From assembly GCA_963764695.1 (NCBI GenBank), contig CAVXTW010000015.1:477845-509682 (forward strand): 31,838 nucleotides of DNA, written 5' to 3'. This DNA is from an uncultured delta proteobacterium (lineage in GTDB: Bacteria > Myxococcota_A > Polyangia > Haliangiales > Haliangiaceae). Position 1 is the first letter of the stretch, and each line of letters begins with the position of its first letter. The translations under genes and the position numbers were made by a program. The notes below the pieces were generated by a model. That model had not been told where the DNA came from. It did not search any database and worked only from the letters and a program-made list of their open reading frames with translations. Positions 10,394 to 19,558 of the stretch are shown in pieces.

Positions 10394-10606
10394 GTGGCAA
10401 ACGTCACTGGGGTCAAGGTCTTCTCGGCAACCAAGGCCAAGGAGAGAGAGGGACTCGGCGAAGCGATCACCGAATGGCTGCGCGGAAATCCCAACATGGA
10501 GATCGTGGACAAGATCGTCACCCAGTCCTCGGACTCCGAGTTCCACTGCCTCACCATCACGTTCTTCTATCGGGCTCGCGATCGCTCTTCTTCCGCCGCC
10601 GCGTGA
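10394..10606 (+). CDS. small hypothetical protein (70 aa)
   Basis: GTG start 5 nt after a strong AGGAGGG Shine-Dalgarno. Product VANVTGVKVFSATKAKEREGLGEAITEWLRGNPNMEIVDKIVTQSSDSEFHCLTITFFY has mixed composition. The listed ORF 10286-10606 includes an implausible leader. Confidence 0.5.
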   Translation: MANVTGVKVFSATKAKEREGLGEAITEWLRGNPNMEIVDKIVTQSSDSEFHCLTITFFYRARDRSSSAAA

Positions 10607-10662
10607 AATCGTTTACCGCGCCCCCGAGTTGACGGGCTCTGTATCCGCGATACCTTGCGCGG

Positions 10663-12039
10663 ATGAGCGCACGAGCCCTGCGGCCGGCGGCGTTCGCGAT
10701 CGCCTGTGTCGTCGTGGTTGCCGGTGCGCGTTCGGCGCGCGCGCAGGCACCGGCACGACCGCCGGCGACAAGCGATGCGAACCCGCTGCCCACCATCCAT
10801 GAGTGGAAGCTCAAGAACGGACTGACCGTCGCCCACGTCGAGCGGTCCGGCCTGCCGATGGTCACGGTGCAGGTCTGGTATCGCTTCGGCTCCAGAGACG
10901 AGCCCGCCGGGCAGCACGGAGCCGCGCGCGCCTTCGAGCGCCTGATGTTCCTCGGCTCCGAGCACGTGCGAAGTGAGGACCACCGCCACTTCGTCGAGCA
11001 AGCCGGCGGCGACACCACCGCGCTGGTGACCGAGGATGTGACCGCGTTCCACGACGCGGTCCCGGTCGAGCACTTCGAGAAGGCGCTCGAGCTCGAGGCC
11101 GATCGCATGCGGCGCCTCCTGGTCCGCAACGAGGCGCTCGATGCGATCCGGCCGACCATGATCGAGGAGGTTCGGCGGCAGGAGTCGAGCCCTGTCTTCC
11201 ACGCGTACCAGCGGCTCTTGTCGACCGCGTTCGGCAACCACTCGTACGGGTGGGCGCCGCTCGGCTCGCGCGAGGACATCGCGAAGCTGAGCGGACAACA
11301 TATGAAGGCGCTCTACGACCGCTACTTCGTGCCGGGCAACGCGCTCGTGATCGTCGTCGGCGGCGTGCCGGCCAACGTCGCCGCCACCGCGGTGGAGCGC
11401 TGGTTCGGGCCGCTTCCGGCGACAAACGCGCCGGCCCGCACCGACGACACGCCGCCTGCCGTGGCGGCCAAGGAACCGCACCGCGAGCAGATGCAGGGCA
11501 GCCCGATCGGGCTGGTCATGGCGGGGCACCGCCTGCCGCCCGCGGTCGACGAGGACGTGCTGGCGCTGCAGCTGGCCGGCACCATCCTGACCACCGGCAC
11601 GTCGTCGCGCCTGCACCGCCGGCTGGTCGGCGGAAAGCTGGCCGACGAGATCGGCGGCCAGGTGCTGGTGCGCCGCGACGGCGGCGTGCTGGTCGCGTTC
11701 GCGCGGTTCTCGGGCGGCGCGCTGGCCCCGGTCGAGAAGGCGCTGATGAGCGAGATCGATCGACTGTCAACGCAGGCTCCCGGCGCGGCCGAGCTGCGGC
11801 GCGCCAAGGGGCAGATCCTGGGCGCGGCCTGGTTCGGCATGGAGAACGCGACCGGGCTGGCCAACCAGATCGGCGTGTCGTGGGGGCTGACCGGCAAGCC
11901 AGGGGCCTTCCTGACCGATCTGCTCGCGCTCGACAAGGTCACCGCCGCCCAGGTGCGGCGCGCGGCCGCAAAGTACCTGGCCCGCAACCAGCGGGTGATC
12001 ATCGCGGCCGAGCCGCAGCCGGCGGGAGGTGTGCGATGA
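10663..12039 (+). CDS. M16 (pitrilysin/insulinase) family peptidase homolog, secreted; HxxEH zinc motif apparently degenerate (RAFER)
   Basis: Signal peptide, then GSRDEPAGQHGAARAFERLMFLGSEH aligning to the M16 GSRxE...AHFLEHMLFKGT block; M16_C-like second half. Stop TGA overlaps the next ATG (ATGA). Confidence 0.8.
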   Translation: MSARALRPAAFAIACVVVVAGARSARAQAPARPPATSDANPLPTIHEWKLKNGLTVAHVERSGLPMVTVQVWYRFGSRDEPAGQHGAARAFERLMFLGSEHVRSEDHRHFVEQAGGDTTALVTEDVTAFHDAVPVEHFEKALELEADRMRRLLVRNEALDAIRPTMIEEVRRQESSPVFHAYQRLLSTAFGNHSYGWAPLGSREDIAKLSGQHMKALYDRYFVPGNALVIVVGGVPANVAATAVERWFGPLPATNAPARTDDTPPAVAAKEPHREQMQGSPIGLVMAGHRLPPAVDEDVLALQLAGTILTTGTSSRLHRRLVGGKLADEIGGQVLVRRDGGVLVAFARFSGGALAPVEKALMSEIDRLSTQAPGAAELRRAKGQILGAAWFGMENATGLANQIGVSWGLTGKPGAFLTDLLALDKVTAAQVRRAAAKYLARNQRVIIAAEPQPAGGVR

Positions 12040-14426
12040 CACGCGCGATGAAGACACGCGGCGCGATGGCGCTGGGACTCGTGCTCGCGGCCTGCGGCGG
12101 CGGCAGCAGCGAGGTGGTACCGCGGCTGCCCGGCGATGGCAGCGCGCACACCGCCACCCCGCGCGAGCCGGGCGGCAGCGGGGCCGATCTGTGGGCGGGC
12201 CGGACGCTGATCGCGGCGCCCACCCGGCTGACGCCGAAGCCGGTGAGCATGCCGCCGTTCGAGCGCTTCACGCTCGGCAACGGCCTCACCGTCATCGCGA
12301 TGGAGAGCCACGCCGCACCGACGGTGTGGGTCCAGCTGGCGGTGAAGGCGGGCCGGCAGAGCGAGCCGCCCGACAAGATCGGCCTGTCCAGCTTCGTGGC
12401 CTCGATGCTGCCCAGGGGGGCGCGCGGCCGCAGCGCCGCGGCCATCACCTCGGCCATGGAGCAGGCGGGCGCCGAGCTCAGCAGCAACGCGAGCCTCGAG
12501 GCGCTGCTCATCAACTGTCACGCGCCGACCGCCGGGCAGACCGCGTGTCTGCGCGCGGTGGCCGACATGGCGGCGGCGCCGAGCTTCCCGGCCGGCGCGA
12601 TGAAGGAGGTGCGCGACCAGCTGCTGGGCGCCGCGCGCCAGAACCACATCGATCCGACGCAGCAGGCAAGCGTCCACTTCCAGAACTCGCTGTGGGGCGA
12701 CGAGCACGTGCGCGGCGTGCCGCTGAGCGAGCGCACGGTCAACGCCATCAAGCGCGCCGATCTGCAGAGCTGGCATCGGGCCAACGTCACCCCCAAGAAC
12801 GCCGTGGTGGTCGTCGTCAGCCCGCGCAAGCCGGCGGCGATGAAGGCAGCCCTGGAGTCGGTGTTCGGCAGCTGGCGCGGGGCCGCCCAGGCCGCGCAGG
12901 CCGCGCCGGCGCCTCCCGCGCTGACCGGCATCCGCATCCGGCTCATCGACGTGCCGGGCGCGCGCCAGGCGCAGGTGCGGGTCGGCTCGTTCGGGCTGGC
13001 CCACAAGGACAAGGACTTCTACGCGGCGACCGTGGTCAACCACATCCTGGGCGGCAACGGCCATCGATCGCGCATCGGACGCGCGGTGCGCAAGCTGCCC
13101 GGCGCGAGCGCGACCACCAGCTTTGATCGCAACCTCGAGCGCGGCGCGTTCGTGGCGGCCGGCACCGCGCCGCCCGGCCAGGCCGTGGCGCTGATGCGCG
13201 TGATGATGGATCAGATCGGCCTGATGGCGACCGACGGCCCGCGCGACGTCGAGGTGCGCGTCGCAGCCAGCGAGCTGGCCGGCAGCTACCAGGCGCGGCT
13301 CGCGTCGCACCAGGAGATGGCGAGCGCGCTCCTGGCCGCCGAGCTGCACGGGCTGGGCGCCGAGTACGTGCGCGACTTCGCCGTCAACATCGCCAAGGTG
13401 GACGCGGTCGCGGCGCGCGCGAGCGCAGGACGCTGGCTCGACGGCAAGAACCTTGTCGTGGTCATGAGCGGCAGCGCGCAGGAGATCGAGCCGCAGCTGG
13501 CCGAGGCCGGCCTGAAGTTCGACAAGATCGCAGGCAGCACCGCAGTGGCCGAGAACGAGCGCGCCGCCGCCCAGAAGGAGGCGACCGCCGCGGTCGATCC
13601 GAAGAAGGAGGCCGCGGCGCGCGCCCTGCTCGACGCCGCGCTGGCGGCCAAGGGCGGCGCGGGCAAGCTCGCCGCCGTCAAGTCGATGTCGTGGAAGGGC
13701 AAGGCCACGCTCAACCTGCCGGGCGGCCAGGTGCCGGCCACCGTCGAGAAGCGCTACGTGGCGCCGGACAAGCTGCGCCTCGACATGGTGATCCAGATGG
13801 GCGGGTCGTCGATGAGCATCACGACCGTGCTGGCCGGCGACAAGGGCTGGGCCCAGGAGACGCGGCCGGACGGTGTCAACGCCATCGAGTTCCCGCCCAG
13901 CGAGGTGGAGGCGGGCAAGGCGCAGGTCTGGCGCGATCAGGACTTCGTGCTGCTGCGCCACCGCGACAAGGGCACGCGGGTCGCGCCGCTGGACGACGTC
14001 GAGCTCGAAGGCGTCGCCCACCACGCCGTCCGCGTGACGTCGCCCGACGGCAAGCGCACCGTCGCGCTCTACATCGACAAGAAGCGCAAGCGCCTGGCCG
14101 GCATGACCTACAGCGAGCAGGGCGTCACCGCCGAGGAGTCGTTCGGCGACTACAAGATGGTCAAGGGCGTCGAGATCGCGCACAAGCGGACCACCAAGAG
14201 CGCGCAGATCAACCTGACCACCAATGTCAGCGCCGTGACGATCAACTCGCCGATCGACGGCTCGATCTTCGTCAAGCCTGCGGCCGCGACGCGGCCGGGC
14301 GGTGGAGCGCCGGGTGGAGCGAAGCCTCCCGCGGGTGCGGGTGGAGCGAAGCCTCCGGCCGCGCCGCCGGCGTCGCCGAAGCCGGCCGCGCCCGCTCCGA
14401 AGCCGGCGCCGGGGACGCCGAAGTAG
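12036..14426 (+). CDS. M16 family peptidase homolog lipoprotein with C-terminal LolA-like/beta-rich domain and Pro/Ala/Lys-rich tail
   Basis: ATG 12036 after GGGAGG. Lipobox LAACGG. M16 block GRQSEPPDKIGLSSFVASML has no His/Glu at the HxxEH positions. Beyond ~aa 500 is an extra domain (KGGAGKLAAVKSMSWKGKATLNLPGG...) and a KPPA/KPA-rich tail. Confidence 0.75.
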   Translation: MTRAMKTRGAMALGLVLAACGGGSSEVVPRLPGDGSAHTATPREPGGSGADLWAGRTLIAAPTRLTPKPVSMPPFERFTLGNGLTVIAMESHAAPTVWVQLAVKAGRQSEPPDKIGLSSFVASMLPRGARGRSAAAITSAMEQAGAELSSNASLEALLINCHAPTAGQTACLRAVADMAAAPSFPAGAMKEVRDQLLGAARQNHIDPTQQASVHFQNSLWGDEHVRGVPLSERTVNAIKRADLQSWHRANVTPKNAVVVVVSPRKPAAMKAALESVFGSWRGAAQAAQAAPAPPALTGIRIRLIDVPGARQAQVRVGSFGLAHKDKDFYAATVVNHILGGNGHRSRIGRAVRKLPGASATTSFDRNLERGAFVAAGTAPPGQAVALMRVMMDQIGLMATDGPRDVEVRVAASELAGSYQARLASHQEMASALLAAELHGLGAEYVRDFAVNIAKVDAVAARASAGRWLDGKNLVVVMSGSAQEIEPQLAEAGLKFDKIAGSTAVAENERAAAQKEATAAVDPKKEAAARALLDAALAAKGGAGKLAAVKSMSWKGKATLNLPGGQVPATVEKRYVAPDKLRLDMVIQMGGSSMSITTVLAGDKGWAQETRPDGVNAIEFPPSEVEAGKAQVWRDQDFVLLRHRDKGTRVAPLDDVELEGVAHHAVRVTSPDGKRTVALYIDKKRKRLAGMTYSEQGVTAEESFGDYKMVKGVEIAHKRTTKSAQINLTTNVSAVTINSPIDGSIFVKPAAATRPGGGAPGGAKPPAGAGGAKPPAAPPASPKPAAPAPKPAPGTPK

Positions 14427-14429
14427 ACC

Positions 14430-15632
14430 ATGAGGTGGTGGCCGCTCGTGGTCGCGATCGCGCTGGCCGCGCCGGCGACCGCGCGCGCCGGTGAGGAGAC
14501 CGAGCAGCCACCCGACCCGGCCGGGACCGCAGCGCCGCCCGACGGACCGCCGCCCATCATCGAGCTCTACACGATGGGCCAGGGCGAGCTCGTGTTCGAG
14601 AAGTTCGGCCACGCCGCGCTGTGCGTGACCCACACGCTCGGGCGCCGCCGGACCATCTGTTACAACTACGGCACCACGAACTTCGATGCGATCGTGCCGC
14701 TGTTCTGGGGCTTTCTGCGCGGCCGCTCGGAGTTCTGGGTGTCGACCTCGAGTCGCCGCCACATGGTCCGCGACTATCGCGAGGCCGACCGGACCCTGTG
14801 GCGCCAGGTGCTGCCGCTCGCGCCCGAGCAGGCCCACAGGCTCGACGCCCTCCTGCGCGAGAACGCGCGCGAGGAGAACCGCTACTACCGGTACCACCAC
14901 TATCACGACAACTGCTCGAGCCGCGTGCGCGACCTCATCGACCAGGTCACCGGCGGTGCGCTGTCGGCGGCGAGCGACGCCGGGCCGCTGCCCACCTACC
15001 GCGAGCTGACCCGCACCGGATACGCCGGCACGCCGGAGCTGCTGCTGCTGAGCGACCTCCTGCTCGGCCGCGAGGCCGACGAGCATCCGACCATGTGGCA
15101 GGGGATGTTCCTGCCCGACGTGCTGCGTGCCGAGGTGAAGAGGCGGCTGGGCGCGGCGCCGTCGGTGGTCTACGAGCGGCGCGGCCCGCCCTTCCCCGGC
15201 GACCCGGGCATGGGCGGCCGCTGGCTGTGGATTGCGCTCGCCCTCGCCTTCGCCGTCCCCGCCGCCCTGGCCCGCCGCGTGCGCCGCCAGCGCCTCACCC
15301 TGGCCGCGGCTTTCTTCCCGCTCGCCTTCATCGGCCTGGTGCTGTGGTTCCTGGCCGCCTCCAGCACCCTGTCGGAGCTGCGCTGGAACGAGGTGCTGCT
15401 GGTGTTCGTGCCGTTCGACGCGGTGCTGCCGTTCCTGCGACCGGCCCGGCGCGCGCGCTACGCCGCGATCCGGGCCGGCGTCCTGCTCCTTGTCGGCCTG
15501 CTGCTGGCGGTCGGCGTGCTGCACCAGCCGCTGTGGCTGCTGCTGCTCATGCCGCTGCTGCCGATGCTGCTGGTCGCCGTGCCGGGGCGCGCGCTGTCGC
15601 GCGAGGCCGCGCCCAGCGTCGCCACCAGCTGA
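14430..15632 (+). CDS. DUF4105 domain protein with C-terminal multi-TM region
   Basis: Signal peptide, ELYTMGQGELVFEKFGHAALCV, CYNYGTTNF, YYRYHHYHDNCSSR (DUF4105-like), then hydrophobic helices. Start is 3 nt after the upstream stop. Confidence 0.65.
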   Translation: MRWWPLVVAIALAAPATARAGEETEQPPDPAGTAAPPDGPPPIIELYTMGQGELVFEKFGHAALCVTHTLGRRRTICYNYGTTNFDAIVPLFWGFLRGRSEFWVSTSSRRHMVRDYREADRTLWRQVLPLAPEQAHRLDALLRENAREENRYYRYHHYHDNCSSRVRDLIDQVTGGALSAASDAGPLPTYRELTRTGYAGTPELLLLSDLLLGREADEHPTMWQGMFLPDVLRAEVKRRLGAAPSVVYERRGPPFPGDPGMGGRWLWIALALAFAVPAALARRVRRQRLTLAAAFFPLAFIGLVLWFLAASSTLSELRWNEVLLVFVPFDAVLPFLRPARRARYAAIRAGVLLLVGLLLAVGVLHQPLWLLLLMPLLPMLLVAVPGRALSREAAPSVATS

Positions 15633-15643
15633 GCGGCTTCAGG

Positions 15644-15658
15644 CCGGCGGTGCGCCGG
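15644..15658. terminator. short GC hairpin (CCGGCG-GTG-CGCCGG) between convergent genes; weak bidirectional terminator candidate
   Basis: 6-bp perfect inverted repeat read directly; no U-tract. Confidence 0.2.
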
Positions 15659-15659
15659 G

Positions 15660-16430
15660 TCAGCGCTCGTCGGCGATCTCGACGTGCACGCCCTGCTCGC
15701 GGCAGATGTCGCGCAGCCGCGGCGCCAGCGGCGAGTCGGTGACGAAGTAATCGAGCTGCGAGATGTGGCCGATGCGGACCGGCGCGGTGCGCTCGAGCTT
15801 CATGCTGTCGGCCACCAGGATCGACTTGCGCGCGCACTCCATGATCGCACGCGCCACCTTGACCTCGCGGTAGTCGAAGTCGAGCAGCGTGCCGTCCTCG
15901 TCGATCGCCGACGCGCCGATGACCGCGTAGTCGACCTTGAACTGCCGGATGAAGTTGACCGTCGCCTCACCGACGATGCCGCCGTCCGACTGCCGCACCA
16001 CGCCGCCGGCCACGATGATCTCGATCTCCTCGCAGCCCTGCAGGATGTTGACCACGTGGATGTTGTTCGTGATGGTCAGCAGGCCGCGCTTGCCGCGCAG
16101 GGCCATCGCGACCTGCTCGGTCGTGGTGCCGATGTTGATGAGCAGAGACGAGCTGTCCGGAATCAGCGACGCGGCCACCGTCCCGATGCGCCGCTTGCCG
16201 TCCGTCGCCAGCTTGCGCCGCGCCTCGTAACCGACGTTCGCGATCCCGGAGGCCAGGATCGCGCCGCCGTGAAAGCGCTGCAGGACGCCGCGCTCGCACA
16301 GGTGGTTCAGGTCGCGCCGGATGGTCTGCGGCGTGACGTGGAAGCGGCTGGTCAACGTCTCGACCTTCACCCGGCCTTCCGACCGTGCGAGCGCGACGAT
16401 GTGTGCCTGCCGCGGGTTCAGTCGCTCCAT
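15660..16430 (-). CDS. DeoR/GlpR family transcriptional repressor
   Basis: N-terminal HTH (RQAHIVALARSEGRVKVETLTSRFHVTPQTIRRDLNHL) plus DeoR C-terminal sugar-phosphate-binding fold (VVAGGVVRQ..., IGASAIDEDG). Confidence 0.85.
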   Translation of the reverse strand: MERLNPRQAHIVALARSEGRVKVETLTSRFHVTPQTIRRDLNHLCERGVLQRFHGGAILASGIANVGYEARRKLATDGKRRIGTVAASLIPDSSSLLINIGTTTEQVAMALRGKRGLLTITNNIHVVNILQGCEEIEIIVAGGVVRQSDGGIVGEATVNFIRQFKVDYAVIGASAIDEDGTLLDFDYREVKVARAIMECARKSILVADSMKLERTAPVRIGHISQLDYFVTDSPLAPRLRDICREQGVHVEIADER

Positions 16431-16471
16431 GAAAGCGCGAAAAACGCTAGCAAGGAGCGCGGTCGCGCAGC

Positions 16472-16537
16472 AAACGAAAACGAAGTTTCGTCAATCGGGC
16501 GCAAATGTTTCCGTTTGACTTTCGTTTATTTTCGAAC
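16472..16537. promoter_or_regulatory. cluster of CGAA/TTCG half-sites (AACGAAAACGAAgtTTCGT ... TTTCGTTTATTTTCGAAC): putative GlpR-type operator array
   Basis: Inverted repeat ACGAA-GT-TTCGT (16480-16491), direct AACGAA x2, TTCGT (16521-16525) and palindromic TTCGAA (16531-16536) in the AT-richer divergent intergenic region. Confidence 0.5.
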
Positions 16538-16544
16538 TTAGGCT
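16515..16544 (+). promoter_or_regulatory. candidate promoter for the ABC operon: TTGACT (16515-16520), 18-nt spacer, TAGGCT (16539-16544)
   Basis: Read directly; the spacer is occupied by the TTCG repeats, consistent with repressor occlusion. Confidence 0.35.
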
Positions 16545-16670
16545 TGGGCCGCTGTCTCGAGGAGTTGTTTGCAGTTTCCTCGCAGTGGGTTGGTAGGGAC
16601 CCGATCTGTCCTGGACCCAGCGAAAGACTGGAGCGATGTCTCGATAGCTCCGGGGGAGGATGACCATCCA

Positions 16671-18491
16671 ATGAGGATCCGACTGATGGCGGTGATTGCC
16701 GCCGCGGCGTTGGCTTCGTGCGAGAGCCCGAAATCCGAAAAAGCGGAGAAGAGCGCCGGCGGCTCGGGCGCCACCGGCGGCGGCGCGCCCGCGGCCGGCG
16801 GCAGCATGGAGGCGGCCAAGAAGTGGGTCGACAGCGAGTTCCAGCCGTCGACGCTGTCCAAGGAAGACCAGCTCAAGGAGATGGAGTGGTTCGTCAACGC
16901 CGCCGCGCCTTTCCGGGGCATGGAGGTCAACGTGCTGTCGGAGACCATCCCGACGCACGAGTACGAGTCCAAGACGCTCACCAAGGCGTTCCAGGAGATC
17001 ACCGGCATCAAGGTGAATCACCAGCTGCTTGGTGAGGGCGAGGTCGTGCAGGCGGTGCAGACGCAGATGCAGACCAACCGCAACCTGTACGACGCGTACA
17101 TCAACGACTCCGACCTGATCGGCACGCACTCGCGCCTGCAGTCGGCCGTCAACCTCACCGACTGGATGGCCGGCGAGGGCAAGGACGTCACGCTGCCGAC
17201 CCTCGACGTCGACGACTTCATCGGCAAGTCGTTCACCACCGGCCCCGACGGCAAGCTCTACCAGCTGCCCGACCAGCAGTTCGCGAACCTCTACTGGTTC
17301 CGCTACGACTGGTTCAAGAAGCCGGAGCTGCAGAAGCAGTTCAAGGACAAGTACGGCTACGACCTCGGCGTGCCGGTCAACTGGTCGGCCTACGAGGACA
17401 TCGCCGAGTTCTTCAGCGTGCACGTCAAGAACATCGACGGCGTGCGCATCTACGGCCACATGGACTACGGCAAGCGCGCCCCCGACCTGGGCTGGCGCAT
17501 GACCGACGCGTGGCTCTCCATGGCCGGCGCCGGCACCAAGGGCGTCCCCAACGGCCGTCCCATCGACGAGTGGGGCATCCGCATGGAGGAGGGCTCGTGC
17601 AACCCGGTCGGCGCGTCCGTCGCCCGCGGCGGCGAGACAAACGGCCCGGCCTCGGTCTACGCCATCCGCAAGTGGGACGAGTGGCTCCGCAAGTACGCCC
17701 CCCCGGGCGCGGCCGACTACGACTTCTATCAGTCGCTGCCGGCGCTGTCGAAGGGCAACGTGGCCCAGCAGATCTTCTGGTACACCGCCTTCACCTCGAC
17801 GATGGTCGCGCCCAAGAGCGAGGGCAACAACACGGTCGACGACGAGGGCAAGCCGCTCTGGCGCATGGCGCCGTCGCCGCACGGCCCGTACTGGATCGAG
17901 GGGATGAAGCTCGGCTATCAGGACGCCGGCTCGTGGACTCTCTTCAAGTCGACGCCGGTCGATCGCCGCAAGGCCGCCTGGCTCTACGCGCAGTTCGTGG
18001 TGTCCAAGACCACGTCGCTCAAGAAGAGCCACGTCGGCCTGACGATCATCCGCGACAGCGACATCCGCCACCAGTCGTTCACCGACCGCTCGCCGAAGCT
18101 GGGCGGCCTGGTCGAGTTCTACCGCTCGCCGGACCGCGTCAACTGGAGCCCGACCGGCGTCAACGTGCCTGACTATCCCAAGCTGGCGCAGCTCTGGTGG
18201 CAGAACATCGGCGACGTGAACTCGGGTGCGTTCACCCCGCAGCAAGCCATGGACCGTCTGGCCCAGGAGATGGACCAGGTCATGGCGCGCATGCAGGAAG
18301 CCGACGAGAAGGCCAAGGTCTACGGCGGCTGCGGCCCGCGCCTGGCGGCCCCCAAGGACCCGAAGGACTGGCTCGGCAAGCCGGACGGCCCCAAGGCCAA
18401 GCTCGCCAACGAGAAGCCGAAGGGCGAGACGGTGGACTACGACGAGCTGGTCAAGCGCTGGCAGGTTGAAGAGAAGAAGCCCCCGGGCTAG
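16671..18491 (+). CDS. ABC transporter substrate-binding lipoprotein (carbohydrate/polyol family)
   Basis: GGGGGAGGA upstream. Lipobox LASC. Long periplasmic-binding-protein-like sequence with a Lys/Pro-rich C-terminal tail. Confidence 0.8.
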   Translation: MRIRLMAVIAAAALASCESPKSEKAEKSAGGSGATGGGAPAAGGSMEAAKKWVDSEFQPSTLSKEDQLKEMEWFVNAAAPFRGMEVNVLSETIPTHEYESKTLTKAFQEITGIKVNHQLLGEGEVVQAVQTQMQTNRNLYDAYINDSDLIGTHSRLQSAVNLTDWMAGEGKDVTLPTLDVDDFIGKSFTTGPDGKLYQLPDQQFANLYWFRYDWFKKPELQKQFKDKYGYDLGVPVNWSAYEDIAEFFSVHVKNIDGVRIYGHMDYGKRAPDLGWRMTDAWLSMAGAGTKGVPNGRPIDEWGIRMEEGSCNPVGASVARGGETNGPASVYAIRKWDEWLRKYAPPGAADYDFYQSLPALSKGNVAQQIFWYTAFTSTMVAPKSEGNNTVDDEGKPLWRMAPSPHGPYWIEGMKLGYQDAGSWTLFKSTPVDRRKAAWLYAQFVVSKTTSLKKSHVGLTIIRDSDIRHQSFTDRSPKLGGLVEFYRSPDRVNWSPTGVNVPDYPKLAQLWWQNIGDVNSGAFTPQQAMDRLAQEMDQVMARMQEADEKAKVYGGCGPRLAAPKDPKDWLGKPDGPKAKLANEKPKGETVDYDELVKRWQVEEKKPPG

Positions 18492-18502
18492 ACCATCTCG
18501 CA

Positions 18503-19558
18503 GTGACGCTCGAGCTGAGAAGTGTGGTCAAGCGCGTCGGCGCCGAGACCCACATCTACGAGACCAGCGTGGTGTTCGCCGAGGAGGGTTTCAACATCCT
18601 CCTCGGCACCACGCTGTCCGGCAAGACCACGCTGATGCAGCTCATGGCCGGGCTCGAGAAGCCGAGCTCGGGTGAGGTCTGGTTCCGCGGAAAGAACGTG
18701 ACCGGCGTGGCCGTGCAGAAGCGCAACGCCGCCATGGTCTACCAGCAGTTCATCAACTACCCGAACTTCTCGGTGTTCGACAACATCGCGTCGCCGCTGC
18801 GGGTCGCGGGGCTGAAGTCGGCCGAGATCAAGACGCGGGTCCACAAGGTGGCGGAGCTCTTGCGGCTCACGCCGATGCTGAAGCGGCGGCCGGCCGAGCT
18901 GTCGGGCGGGCAGCAGCAGCGCACCGCGCTGGCCCGCGCGCTGGTCAAGGACGCCGACCTGGTCCTGCTCGACGAGCCGCTGGCCAACCTGGATTTCAAG
19001 CTGCGCGAGGAGCTGCGCGACGAGCTGCCCGCGCTGTTCACCAACCGGCGCTGCACGGTCGTGCTGGCCACGTCCGATCCGACCGAGGCGCTGCTGCTGG
19101 GCGGCCACACCGCGGCGCTGCACGAGGGCAACGTCACCCAGTTCGGGCCGACCGCCGAGATCTACCGCAAGCCGGCCAATGTCCTGACCGCGCGCGTCTT
19201 CTCCAACCCGCCCATCAACATGGCGCCGGTGGCGGTCGAGAACGGCAGCGTGGTGCTGAGCGACACCGTGAAGTGGCCGGTCCGCGGCGTCACGCTGGCC
19301 GACGGCAGCTACACCGTCGGCATCCGCCCGCACCACATCAGCCCGATCGCCAACGGCAAGGCCGCGGCGCAGATCGAGGGGCGTGTGCAGATCGCCGAGA
19401 TCAGCGGCTCCGAGAGCGTCATCCACTTCGAGCACGGCGAGCTCAGCTGGGTGTCGCAGTCGCACGGCGTGCACGCCATCGCCGTGGGCGAGACGGCCAA
19501 CTTCTTCATCGACGTCGAGCGCTGCATGTTCTTCGACGGCGACGGAAAGCTGATCTGA
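18503..19558 (+). CDS. ABC transporter ATP-binding protein (MalK/UgpC-like with C-terminal TOBE-like domain)
   Basis: Walker A GTTLSGKTT, Q-loop, signature LSGGQQQR, Walker B LVLLDEPL. Stop overlaps the next start (TGATG). Confidence 0.85.
   Translation: MTLELRSVVKRVGAETHIYETSVVFAEEGFNILLGTTLSGKTTLMQLMAGLEKPSSGEVWFRGKNVTGVAVQKRNAAMVYQQFINYPNFSVFDNIASPLRVAGLKSAEIKTRVHKVAELLRLTPMLKRRPAELSGGQQQRTALARALVKDADLVLLDEPLANLDFKLREELRDELPALFTNRRCTVVLATSDPTEALLLGGHTAALHEGNVTQFGPTAEIYRKPANVLTARVFSNPPINMAPVAVENGSVVLSDTVKWPVRGVTLADGSYTVGIRPHHISPIANGKAAAQIEGRVQIAEISGSESVIHFEHGELSWVSQSHGVHAIAVGETANFFIDVERCMFFDGDGKLI

Noticed and set aside
11322-15524. 1400-aa minus-strand ORF antisense to the M16/DUF4105 operon
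   Set aside because: Low-complexity R/G/A composition with no motifs; antisense to strongly supported genes.
16491-18245. 584-aa minus-strand ORF antisense to the substrate-binding protein gene
   Set aside because: V/D/G/R-rich antisense artefact; SBP gene on the plus strand is strongly supported.
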